From Chiloscyllium plagiosum (lineage: Eukaryota), in NCBI RefSeq assembly GCF_004010195.1, contig NW_025214389.1, positions 8,587-42,819 of the forward strand: 34,233 nt of DNA, read 5' to 3'. The notes under the pieces were generated by a model. It made no database searches and was not told where the DNA came from. It saw only the letters and a program-made list of their open reading frames with translations. The position numbers and the translations under genes were made by a program. This document shows positions 11,392-22,344 of the stretch, piece after piece; within the stretch, counting starts at the first letter, position 1, and the number at the start of each line of letters is the position of its first letter.

Positions 11392-12315
11392 CTGCAATGA
11401 AGTAAGATCACTCACAAGTAACAGAGCATTGAGCATTTAAAAGGTTCGAAACAACGACCTACAAGCCATGACATAGGTACAGTGTTGAAGGGGAGCACAA
11501 AGCATGAAGCTCGCAGGCTCAATTCCCACCCACTCATGAGACGATTACTTTCAGCTCTGCAGGACTGAGCCTTCCTGAGACAGCATAGGGCGTTCACAGT
11601 TATCAATTCAGTCCTGTGATGTCCTAGTGAGCATTAGCCCAATGGAGAAGAAAGCAGGCCTCCGTCAGGACGGTAGTGTTGAAGTCTGGTATTTTTCTGT
11701 TCTGTGGTCCCTCTCCAACACTGTATTCATTTCATGGCACAGAATCAGACAGAAAGGAAACAAAACTTTTGGTCCAACTCATCTGGCCAAGTGCCTTGAA
11801 TCCTTTTCAACTCCTTGAACAGTTCTGATCTCTGGAACTTCCTCCCTTCCTGATAATCGTTGTGTACATTTGAAACCTTGCAATGTTGACTGTCTCACTT
11901 TCTCTGGATTAGTTCCATTCGGGATAACGCAACCAATCTCGGTAATGTCCTCCTCCTGTAACAACAATAACCCTTATTTTTGTCATCTTGCACTGTACCT
12001 ACAGTCCACTATTTCTCTGTCGCACTCCCCAACCTCTACGAAGCGCCCCATCGGTGCACCTTTCTTCAGCCCCATAGCACATGATATCACTGTAACTATC
12101 TCCAGTCCCTATAAGACTCCTGCCTCCTGACCTACAGAAAAACACGGCCTCTGTAACTATATACCGTACTTACAGACCTCCCTATCGGTATCAACTCCCC
12201 CAGTCTGTCCAGACTTTCCTGCCTGTGTAACCTGCTTCAATCCTGACCCCACCACCAAGGATATATTTCCCTCCCCTCCTCTATCAGCTTTCCGTAGAGA
12301 CCACTCCCTCCGCGC

Positions 12316-12412
12316 NNNNNNNNNNNNNNNNNNNNNNNNNNNNNNNNNNNNNNNNNNNNNNNNNNNNNNNNNNNNNNNNNNNNNNNNNNNNNNNNNNNNN
12401 NNNNNNNNNNNN
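12316..12412. other. assembly gap
   Basis: run of N. Confidence 1.
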
Positions 12413-12778
12413 TTAACTCCCCCTCCCACTCCACCGAGGATATGCAGGTCATTGGACTCATCCACCGCCAAACTACAACAACGCGACGGTCGGAGGAGGA
12501 GCGTCTTATCTTCCGACTGGGAACCCTCCAACCACAGGGGGTGAACTTGGGCTTCACCAGTTTCTTCATCCCCCCTCCCCCCCCCTTGTCTCAGCCCAAT
12601 CCCTCCCGCCCGGCACCGCCCTCCTGACCTGCAGTCTTTTTCTTGACCTCTCCGCCTCCATCCTACTTCGACCTATCACCCTCACCTTGACCTCTTTCCA
12701 CCTATCACATTTCCAACGCCCCTCCTCCAAGTCCCTCCTCCCTACCTTTTATCTTCTCCTGCTGAACACTCTCTGCTC

Positions 12779-12814
12779 ATTCCTGAAGAAGGGCATGTGC
12801 CCGAAACGTCGAAT
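12779..12814 (+). ncRNA. minimal type I hammerhead ribozyme (PLE-associated), core intact
   Basis: auuc-CUGAAGA-A-GGGC(AUGU)GCCC-GAAA-CG-UC-gaau: stem I auuc/gaau, 4-bp stem II, palindromic ACGU stem III. Confidence 0.85.
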
Positions 12815-13969
12815 CTTCTGTTCCCTAGATGCTGCCTGACCTGCTGTGCTGTTCCAGCAATAAAGTTTCAGCTTTGATCTCCAGCGTCTGCAGACCTCAC
12901 TTTCTCCTCAATCCTGACAAACCTCCCAGTGTATCGTGTTCTGCAGCCACTTTAACCCTCCCCATGTCTGCAACCTCCTCCAGTCTCTGCAATCTCCTCT
13001 ATTGCTGTAACGTTCTCCTGTCGCCACAATGCTCCTCAACTCTACTTGCAGACATCACTACCTGGCTTCCTAGCCCTGTTAACGCCAGAAGCCACTAAAG
13101 GCATCCATGTACCTGAAACATCCTCATTATTGCTGGATCCAACTCCCGTTCTTACAGCTGTGACTTTATGTAACCTCTTTCAGTCTGAAGAACAATCCAA
13201 TGCCAACATCCCTCTGTATTGCAAACTTCAACCAGTTCCGAAAGCCATCACCACGAACGTCACTATCTGTTACCTCTTCCAGCTCCTCCCTATGTCTGTC
13301 CGCCATCTTGCCCCTACTACCCTACCTATCACATTAATTCACCTACAAAACACGAATTATTTCAATAAACGTCTTCTATCTTTACAAATCAGTCTATCTC
13401 TCAGTAAACTCTTCCTGTTCCTAAACCTCACCCTGTACATAATAACTCTGAGAGTCATGAGAAACATTTGGTCATGACCGCCTCAAGCAAATGACACAAT
13501 ATTTATTTCGACAAATAATGTCATCTCCAATAATCCTTCCTATCACAGTAACCCTCCCAAATCTCGTCATACCTCCCTTTTCAAGTCTCCTCTTCCAGAG
13601 TCCATGAGCTGAATGACCGCCTGGATCTCTTTAACCTCGAGTGGAATGCACAGGCCACCCTATCTCAGTAACATCCTCCAATCATTTAAAAACTCCCTAT
13701 CCGTCTCACCTCCTTCAGTCACTCCAACTCGTCCTTTCTCTGTTACTTCCTCCAGTTACTCAAGAACTCGCTACCTCTGTAATCTCCTCCAGTCACACCA
13801 AAACTCCCGATCTCTGCAACGTCCTCAATGCACCAAAACTCCCAATCTCTGTAACCTCCCCAGTCACTCCAACCCTCCCTGTTCCTGTAATATTCCAGGT
13901 TAGCCAAACACTCACTATCTCTGTAAGCTCCTCTACACACTCCAACCCACACTAACTCCCTCACCTGCC

Positions 13970-14108
13970 GATTTATGATAGTCTATGTATGGGGTGAAAG
14001 CAGGAACAGGACACTGAGTTAGATGATCAGCCGTGATCATACAGAATAGTGGGAAAGGCTCGTGGGGCTGAATGTCCTGAAACTGCCCCCTTTGCTATGT
14101 TTCTATGT
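13970..14108 (+). mobile_element. short CR1/L2-type 3' tail inserted in the minisatellite
   Basis: gatgatcagccgtgatcat...ggctcgtggggctgaatgtcct...ctatgtttctatgt; similar to 28055-28130. Confidence 0.75.
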
Positions 14109-16314
14109 AACACTGCCTGTCTCCGTATCTCCTTCAATCCCCACTACTCTCCCTACATGTTTAACCTACACAACCCCCATGACTGGAAATTTCTCGGACC
14201 TCAGAATAATCCATATCTGTCAAAACTCCTCCAGTCCCTTTCCAATCTGTTTCCTTTTCTAGCCTAGTAACTGTCTCTATCTTTGTAACTTCCTTTAGCT
14301 GCTCGCACCTTCCTTACCTCTCCAACATGATATCGTACAGCGTCCTTACCTTTGTGTGCTTTTCATATCCCCACAGTCACCCCTGCCACTGTGACCTAAG
14401 TCTATACACTGCCACCTTTTCCAACATTTAAACCTTATCTGTGTCTGTTACTTTCTCCTGCTCCTACAGACCTCGCTGTCTGTATGATGTTAAGGAGTTA
14501 ATCAGCCCACCCTGCCTCCATAATCTACACCAACCTCCGGAACCCACTTACATGTGTAACCTCGTCCAGGCCCTGGAAACGACTCTCTCTTTAATTGCTC
14601 CAGCAGTTATATCAAACCTCATCTGTCAAGCCTACTCCAGTCCCGACAAACTCCGCCAGACTCTGCAGCCCAATGTTTGTCCAGCCTCCCCCTCGGCCCT
14701 TCATGTCAACCGATACTCAGCATACTTTTCCAGCCACAAAACGCTGCATATATCTGTTTGCTCCACAATTCCCTACAGTCCTCCATCACCTCAAATATTC
14801 TCTATTTGTGTAACTGTACAACTATCCCTCTGCGTTCAGTATTACTCTCCCAAAAATATCTTTCCATCTGTAAACAGCTCCAAACCCTCCAAACACACCA
14901 TCTCTAAAATCTCCAACAGATCCTTATCTGTGTTACCTCTTCCAGTCCTGAAACACTCTCAAAATGTGCTGACCCTGTAATCCTCCCGAACTGTGTAATC
15001 TTCTCAGGTCTCTGCAACACTCCAAATCTGTAGAATTCAATTAATTGTTTTTGACTCACCCGATCTATTTCCAACAAGACCCTGTATCTATGTACCACCT
15101 TGCTGTCACAATCTTCCACCATGTCAGTGTAAGCTCCTCCAGTCTTTCCATCCAGCTTTTCATCTCCATAATCTTCTCCAGATCTTTTCCATCTATCTAT
15201 GTAATCCTCACCCACTCCTCCAACCCACCCTACCACAGGAACCTCCTCCATTTGTTCATTTGCCCCTATCTGTGTAAGTCTCTCCAGCCCTTATTGGTGT
15301 TCCTGCTCCTTTACGCTCTGCCAGACAACGAAGAATTCCCGTCTGTGTATCCTCCAGAAACTAAGGATCCGATATTAGGAAATGTGTTCATTCACTGCAG
15401 CTTTCCATATCTCTGATATTTCCTCAATTCTATACAAATGCACCATTCCATAAAATACTGCCTCTCTCTGTAAACTACCCACATCTATAACCGATAGGTC
15501 TCACTCCAATCCCTTCCGATCTCCCTGTATTTTCCCTCACTCCATTAACTCCAGCTCATCTCATGTTGTAACTCTTTTCGCTCGTATGTTACTCCCCATC
15601 TCTGTGATATTCTTCAGTCATTGCAATTCTCGTTCTTTATATCCAGATCTTCCAATCCTCCTTATCAATGGAAGGTTACTCATCTCTTACAGCATTTTAA
15701 TACCTGTAGCAACCTGTAACCCCTCAATGCATCCTGTCCCAGTGACTTCCTTAAATACTACAGCTCACTGACTTTGCAATATCTTGCAGCATTGGCAACC
15801 CTACTGATTTCTGTAACTTCCTACAGAACTGTACTCCAAGTGTCTGTGGAACTGAAGCGAAGCTGCAAAGCTGCCTTCACAAGTATTGTGAACGTCTGCT
15901 GCCGAATAACCCTCAGTATCTGTGTCTCTTGGAATCCCACACAATTTACACTGGCTCTGTCAACTGATCCAGCCCCTGCAAACATCTCTACCACTCTTGC
16001 AGCTCCAACTAACATCCCTATCAGTGTAATGCCGAACCCCAAAAATCCTCCCTTTCTCTGTAACACCTGAAGCTCCAAATACCACCACTAGCTGTGTAAT
16101 CTCCAGACGTTACAACCCTCCCTTTCACTGCTACTCCTTCAGGACTGATAACCCTTTATCTTCACGTGCCTTCTTCCATCCCGACAATTTATCTAATCTC
16201 TAACCACCCCGAGTAATATCAAACCAGCCGAAGTCTGTAACATCCTTCAGTATGGACAACCCGTCCTTTCTGTGACAGCTTCTCAAGTGCCTGCATTCTC
16301 CTTTATCTCCGGCA

Positions 16315-16625
16315 TAGGTCGTTGCTCAGGGAAACGAATGTCTTAGTTCCGACAGCGTAAGAGCACCTAAGATTTTTCAGTGTACCAGTAAATTTACCTC
16401 GTCTTCTTAAAACTAATATTTACAAGTTCAATCTTCACCAGCTCGTATCATCAGTAGCCCTCCTTGTTGGCGATCAATCTGGAGAATGTTATCTGAACTG
16501 CCTCCAATGCAAGAACATTTTCCCGCTTCATAGGGACCAAATCTGTTCGCAATTTGAAAGTTTTCCCATTTATTACTCTCCATTCCGTTTGAAATCAATG
16601 CCAGCGTTCTGTTTTCCCTGAACCT
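16315..16625 (-). mobile_element. decayed CR1 RT C-terminal fragment
   Basis: Minus frames give NRTLALISNGME and RENVLALEAVQITFSRLI. Confidence 0.7.
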
Positions 16626-16804
16626 GTATGCCATGCGATCTTTCTAAGAAATATGCACAAGGATTCCCAAGTTACTCTGTAGAGTAGTTTTCTGTAGTTG
16701 ATCTGAAAGCAAGACATGAAAGTGACAGCCAGAAAAGTGCTGAAATGTACCTTAAACGATTTCGCAGAAATGATAGCTGTACACTTAGAAATGAATGCAA
16801 TAAG

Positions 16805-17290
16805 GAAGTTCATAAGACCATCAGATATAGCAGCAGAATTAGGCCATTCTGCCCATTGTGTCTGCTGCACCATTCGATTTTGACTGAATTGTTTCTCAAC
16901 TTCATTCTTTCAACATGTCCGTTTAACCTTTGATCCCCGAACTCATCAGGAGCTCATCTATCTCTGCGATACATAATTTGATTTACTTCGCCTGCACAGC
17001 CCTCTGAGGCAGTGAGTTCCACAGATTTATCACCCTCTTGCAGAACAAACGTCTCTACAACTCCATTCTAATGCCTTGTCCCTTCACTCTGATGCTCTGC
17101 CCTTGGACCCTTGTCTGTCCGACTAATGCAAACATCTTCCGCACCTCCACTCAACCAGTCTCCGTAATATTCTGCAAATTTGAATGAATTTCCGTCGTCT
17201 CTTAAACCTCATCGAAAATAGACTCAGTGATCTCAACTGTTCCTCATGTGAAAAGCATTTCGTCCCTTGGATCTTCTTTGAAAACATGTT
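16805..17290 (-). mobile_element. CR1-type 3' end
   Basis: cataagaccatcagatatagcagcagaattaggccattc tail; gagttccacagatttatcaccctc. Confidence 0.8.
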
Positions 17291-17484
17291 TCCCTTGTTC
17301 CCTCACATCGCTTGTACAGACTGTAAAGTATAGTGTGTATAGCTGTGGTTCCAACATTGACCACTGCGGAGTTCCACTTCCCGACTGACTCATTTAGTCT
17401 CACACTGTCTTCTGACAGTGCCACGCATGTTGTTTGGAAAGTGAAATTTCATTTGACACACGCTATTGGATATTTTTTTGTTTT

Positions 17485-17830
17485 ATTTTGACTGGCTGTG
17501 GAGAGTAGAATAAATGAAAGCGGAGGAATAGCGCATTGTAATTTTCAGAAACCTTTGATCAACGTCTCACTGAAAGGTGATTAAAAACAAAATTGGCACA
17601 TGTGAGATTGGAGGGAATGTACTGGAATGGATTGAGAATACATCAACATATAGAAAACTAAGTCCGAATAAATGGATGCGTGCTTCACTCCGAACTATTC
17701 ACAAATGGATTCGATGCTTTTGATGGATGGACAAAATCTAATGTTTCACGTTTGTTGTTGATATAAAACTAGATGAGCATGTGAATTGTATGGAGGAAGC
17801 AAGGGGGACATGAACAGTTCGTGAGATTCA
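17485..17830 (+). mobile_element. decayed CR1 RT fragment
   Basis: ttttcagaaacctttgatcaacgt (DFQKAFD-like); tggattgagaat; degenerate SKFADD region near 17745. Confidence 0.6.
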
Positions 17831-17844
17831 TTTAAAAGTAATAT

Positions 17845-18375
17845 TGATGGTATGTGGTCATCACTGGAGACCATTATTTTTTGCCATCTGTAATTAACTG
17901 GAGAATGTGGTGGTCAGCTGTCTTCCTGACTCATTGCAATCCTTTGAGTGTCGGGACAGGCAGATTGGTGGTCGAATGGAGCGTGGTTTGGAGAGGACCT
18001 TGGAAATGCTGGTATTCCCATGCAAGTGTAACTCCTGTCTTTCCAGAGTATATTTGTTCCGGATTTGTGAAGTACTGCTGAAAGGGCCTTCCTGGCTAAT
18101 CTCAGTGCTGCTCGTCAATCTCTTTCTTACTCATTCATTCATGCACGTGAGCATTGCCAGCTGGGCCAGCATTTATTATTAATGTTGAGTTGACCCTGAG
18201 AATGTGGTAGACAAAAGTGAGGATTGCAGATGCTGGAAACCAGAGTTTAGATCAGAGTGGTGCTGGAAAAGCACAGCAGGTCAGGCAGCATCTTTCATCA
18301 GGGTTTTTGCCCGAAACGTCGATTTCCCTGCTCCTCGGATGCTCCAGAGAATGTGGTGTTCAGCTGCCACTGCAC
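17845..18375 (-). mobile_element. 3' ends of a second CR1/L2-clade LINE family (tail shared with DeuSINE); two fragments
   Basis: gagaatgtggtggtcagctgtcttc and attcattcatg..ctgggccagcatttatt..ccctgagaatgtggt. Confidence 0.6.
18209..18346. mobile_element. short inverted PLE pLTR insertion with split hammerhead
   Basis: 11-bp TSD gagaatgtggt (18198-18208, 18347-18357); minus arm ends ttcatcag, then plus arm ggtttttgcccGAAACGTC. Confidence 0.85.
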
Positions 18376-18399
18376 CAACCGTTCAAATTGTTTTCCATG

Positions 18400-19195
18400 C
18401 ACCCTCAAGCAGTCGCCACAACATTCCTCGTGTCTCTGACTGTATGCAAACAATGCAACTCTTCCTCTATACAAAACATCCATCACTACCGACAACTGTA
18501 CATTTTCTCACAATATCTCACCTCCTCCATTCCCATGTGTGCTGCTGATCTCTCAACTAACTTTATTTTTGGATAAACCTCTGATCATCGATAAACTGTT
18601 CGTTTCTAAATGTCCACGCCTCAGTATCTGTAATCCTCCATATCACAAATACAGCACAGTTTCACCTCCTTAAATCACTATCAATTACTCTGGATGTTGT
18701 GTTAAATTTGCACTTTCCAACCTCTTTACCCACCTGAGCTCTCAAGCTACTTTAATCCCATTATTTTCACAACCTCTTTGAGCCATGACGTATGTTCCAA
18801 TTATCTGTACCTCCTCATGTCCTGAAGGTTCTTGAAAATCACCAGTGCCCCCAAATCTATATTGCACCCAGTTATTGCAAGTCTTCCATCTCTGTAATAT
18901 TCAACTGTCTCCAGTACCTGCATCAGTCCCTGCCTGCCATTTTGCTCTTTTTGAAACCTTCATATCTTTGTAAACAGCTCACAAAAAGCCTTTTACAGCC
19001 TACAAAGCTATATCACCAAGAAGCCAACATCTTTCATTTTCCTCAGCCTTCTTCAGTGCCTGCAACACTCCATGTAACTTCAAGTAAACTGATTTATGTA
19101 AAGCGGATCTGCTTACCTCCCCAAATCACCTGTCCCATCCCTATAGCTCGCTCAACCACTGTAACCCACTCTGTCCCTCTAATCCTTCTGTTTTC
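18400..19195 (+). repeat. ~37-bp minisatellite, continuation
   Basis: atctgtaatcctcc, atctctgtaatattc, ctgtaacccactc motifs. Confidence 0.65.
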
Positions 19196-19199
19196 GAGC

Positions 19200-22100
19200 G
19201 CTTTCCGGGAATAACGGCGATCCTGTGAGGGAGAATTGAAGAAAGGGAACGTTGTGAATCTCAGTGGAAGTCTGAGGCCTACCATTACCTGTGGTTTATA
19301 AAGGAAGAGAACTAGAGAGTCAGCAGCACAGAGAGGGAGGCAGTTGGAGATGAAGCACACCAGGAGGCTCCAAATTAGTAGCGAGTCATTGTGTAAGTGA
19401 CTGTGTGAGGGAGCATCTTGGAGGAGAGCTTGAGGTCAACTCATACCGAGGAGTTACCGAGGCAGCACATTGTGAGGATATAAATAAACACTGAGGATCG
19501 TGACCCAGTCGTACGTGGGCATCACACTTGCGGTGACACTGTGAGGGAGCGGAGTGGAATGGGAGCTGGAAGATTACATGTATCTGGGAATAACACAGAC
19601 GGTCATCTTGTGAGGTAGCAGAGTGGAGTGCGAGCTGGACGATCACACGTACCTGGGAATAATGCAAATGGTGATCCTGTGAGGGAGAAGAGTTGAGTTG
19701 GAGCTGGAGGATTTCACGGACCTGGGTCTCATCGAGACGGTGAAATTGTGAGGGTGCAAAATGTAGTGAGAACTGGAGAGTTGCACGTACCTGGGAGGCA
19801 AAAAAACGGTGACGCTGTGAGGGAGCAGAGTGGAGTGGGTGCTCGAGAATTACATGTACGTGCGAGTCACAGATAATACTTACTGCTGCTGGACCTGCCT
19901 GCGAAGAGATTTGAAAAGAGTGCAAGAGACATCACAGAAAACAAAGCTGTCAGTTCATTGGCTGATAATACACTGTTATTAGCGACTGTCTGTAACTTGC
20001 TCCAAGTTAGCAAATTTATGTTTTCAACTTCTAAGAGAAGAACTGAACTCAGGAATAAGAGGATAAACTGAAAGTCTGAGCCAATGTAATAAAGTAATCT
20101 CACTAAGCCACCGTTGAATAAGGGACTTTACCCTTAATGTTATTTCTCCGATGTAAAATTTATACTAAGCAATTAATTAAGATTAGATACTTTGCAAATT
20201 TAGACATATCAGCACATGTTTGTCAAGTGTAAAATACGTTCTGGTACATTAGGTAGACATTGCCCCTGCCGGTGTCCCAGGTGGACTTCGGTCTTCGAGC
20301 TCAGACAGTGACTGGAGACTCTGTGGGACATTTATGATACTAAAATTAAGGTAGATAGTACATACAGGGAGAGCCCAGTCAATCGAAGAGATAAAGACAG
20401 AAGATACATAAATAGCCTGATGTCTCACTCACAATTCAGTTTTCCAGTTTGGAACTGATAAGGATACTGACCGCTCAGGACAGCGCAATCAGGGCCATGT
20501 TTGTGGCACCACAAACAGCCTCACTCTACAGGAGGGTAGGGAGAAGGAAGGAGCAATAGTCAGAGGGCATTCAGTAAATTGAAGAAGACGTAAGATTTTC
20601 TGTGACAAAAATTTAATTCCAGGATGATGGGATCAAGAATGTCACCCTATCTGCAGGACATCGGTATGGGGACAGTGAACAGTTGAAGGGCATGCACCTG
20701 TTGGTAGGAATGACGTGGGTAGGAAGGGTAAAGTGTTCTGGGAAACAGAATGTAAGGAACTAGGTGGATTGTTAGCGAGCAGAACCTCAGCAGTAGCAAT
20801 CCCTGGAATATTCCAAGCGCAGTGCTCAAGGGAGAACAGAACTAACAATCGTAGGGAGATGAGAACGTAAATGGAACAGTGGTGTATTGGGATTGGTTCT
20901 GGGGAAGGCAACAAATGCACAAGCGAGTTGGGGTAACAGGTGATAGAGCTGAGACTGAATTCCATGTATATTATGTGGGAATAATATAAAATAATTTTGC
21001 GTGCGTCTCGGATCCAGAAATGAGTAGTCAAGGACACTACCAGGATTCACAAAGTACTTGAAAAAGCAGCTGGTACTAATTTACAACAACAAGATTATCA
21101 GTGGAAGATGGGGTAAGAAAGAATGTCGAAACCTTAGGTATTCTGCGTAGATGTGAATACTTGCATTCTGGTGATTTGCAGATGCAAATTGGTGTGTGGA
21201 AAACTGATGTACCGAAATGCAAGAGCTTGCTCATGCTGGAGTCGGAGTTAAAAATTGCGAGGTATAAAGTATTCCAAAACAATAGAAGAGAAGGAAAAAG
21301 ATGAAGAGTAGCAGTAGTGGTTTACATAGCATTTGTTAAGGACTCTGAGAAGAACAGGATCTGTTCATGGACAGAATGAATTGGGCTGGAGTTACAGAAC
21401 AAAACAATGTACAATTGCACTTTGAGGTACAGCCTGTAGGCAACAACCATTACAAAGTATGCCAGAATAACTATGCAATGCCGTTTGAGAGCGATGACAA
21501 CACTATATAGGAGTTAAACTGAGAAACTTAAATAGTCCACATGGTATACTTGTCGTGCAGGGTGATGAGGAGTGAATGTTCCTGGATTGCATGAAGGAGA
21601 CCTCACTGCAGCAGTATGCTTCCAACCCAAGACCGCATGCACTGTTGGTCCTGATCCTTGGAAAAGAGGTTATACGCGTGGATCCAGGGTCAATAGGCGA
21701 ACATATTGGGGTACAGTGATCATTTATTGTAAACTTCAATATGATGGTAGAGAATGACATGCATTAATTGAGAATGAGAAAAATTATTTAACAGAGAGTG
21801 GCTTTCAATGGGGGTAGAATGAAGGTGAGGAGGTTTGACTGGAACATCAAGCTGATCAGAAATAAAAACCTACCAATGGGCTCTCATCAGAGAGAAGGTG
21901 ATTTGCGTCCAGTCGAAGAATGGTCCCTGAATTGGGAAAGGCCGGATAAACAAATCCAGCGCCCCCTGGGTGACGGAAAAGAACAATAAAATCATTGTAA
22001 GATAGCAAATTGAATTGGAAACCGGGCGAATGCTGGAGTTTCAGAAGGAAGATGGAAGAGCAGGAGGGAATTATTGGAAAACTGAGAGCGAACACAGAGC

Positions 22101-22340
22101 TATTCCAGATTCTTTTGTGGGCATCTCATTATGAGCATGTCAAACGATGAAATAAGGCTGGTTCAAAAACAGAAAGATGCATTCTAATTGGAAAAAGAGT
22201 TCACTGCAAGCAGTGGGGATACACTTGGATATGTTGTAGATGCATGTTCAGTGGATTGAATAATTACTGCGACATAATATAATGTGCAAGGATATGGGGG
22301 AAGGAAGAGATCAATACCAAGCACTGAGATCGGTAGAAGG
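19200..22340 (+). mobile_element. 5' portion of an old CR1 LINE (5' repeats, ORF1, endonuclease), no RT core
   Basis: ORF1-like gtaggaatgacgtgggtagg..agcagaacctcagcagtagcaatccctgga; EN-like RYKVFQNNRREGKR and acatattggggtacagtgatcat (LGxSDH). Confidence 0.75.
19531..19870 (+). repeat. 69-bp tandem repeat, 5 copies (more diverged copies back to ~19205)
   Basis: (c/t)ggt(g/c)a..tgtgagggag..gagtgg..gagctgg..cacgtacctggg at 19531, 19600, 19669, 19738, 19807. Confidence 0.95.
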
Positions 22341-22344
22341 GCTG

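Larger units (their letters stand above)
12248..12907 (+). mobile_element. 5'-truncated Penelope-like element: GIY-YIG region + 3' UTR/pLTR
   Basis: DPTTKDIFPSPPLSAFRRDHSLR before the gap; NSPSHSTEDMQVIGL..RRSEEERLIFRLGTLQPQGVN after it; 11-bp TSD tcaatcctgac at 12237-12247 and 12908-12918. Confidence 0.9.
11930..16310 (+). repeat. degenerate ~37-bp C/T-rich minisatellite, approx. consensus ccctatctctgtaacctcctccagtccctacaaccct; interrupted by a PLE and a LINE tail
   Basis: Recurring ctctgtaa(c/t)ctcctccag at ~35-37-bp spacing, clearest at 13650-13960. Confidence 0.85.

Noticed and set aside
13046..16078. Ser/Pro/Leu-rich ORFs up to 179 aa
   Set aside because: Chance frames in a G-poor minisatellite
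16395..16625. Apparent minus-strand exon (cag|..gag|gtaaat)
   Set aside because: Sequence is decayed CR1 ORF2
19531..19870. CRISPR-like repeat array
   Set aside because: Contiguous tandem units without unique spacers; eukaryotic context; no cas genes
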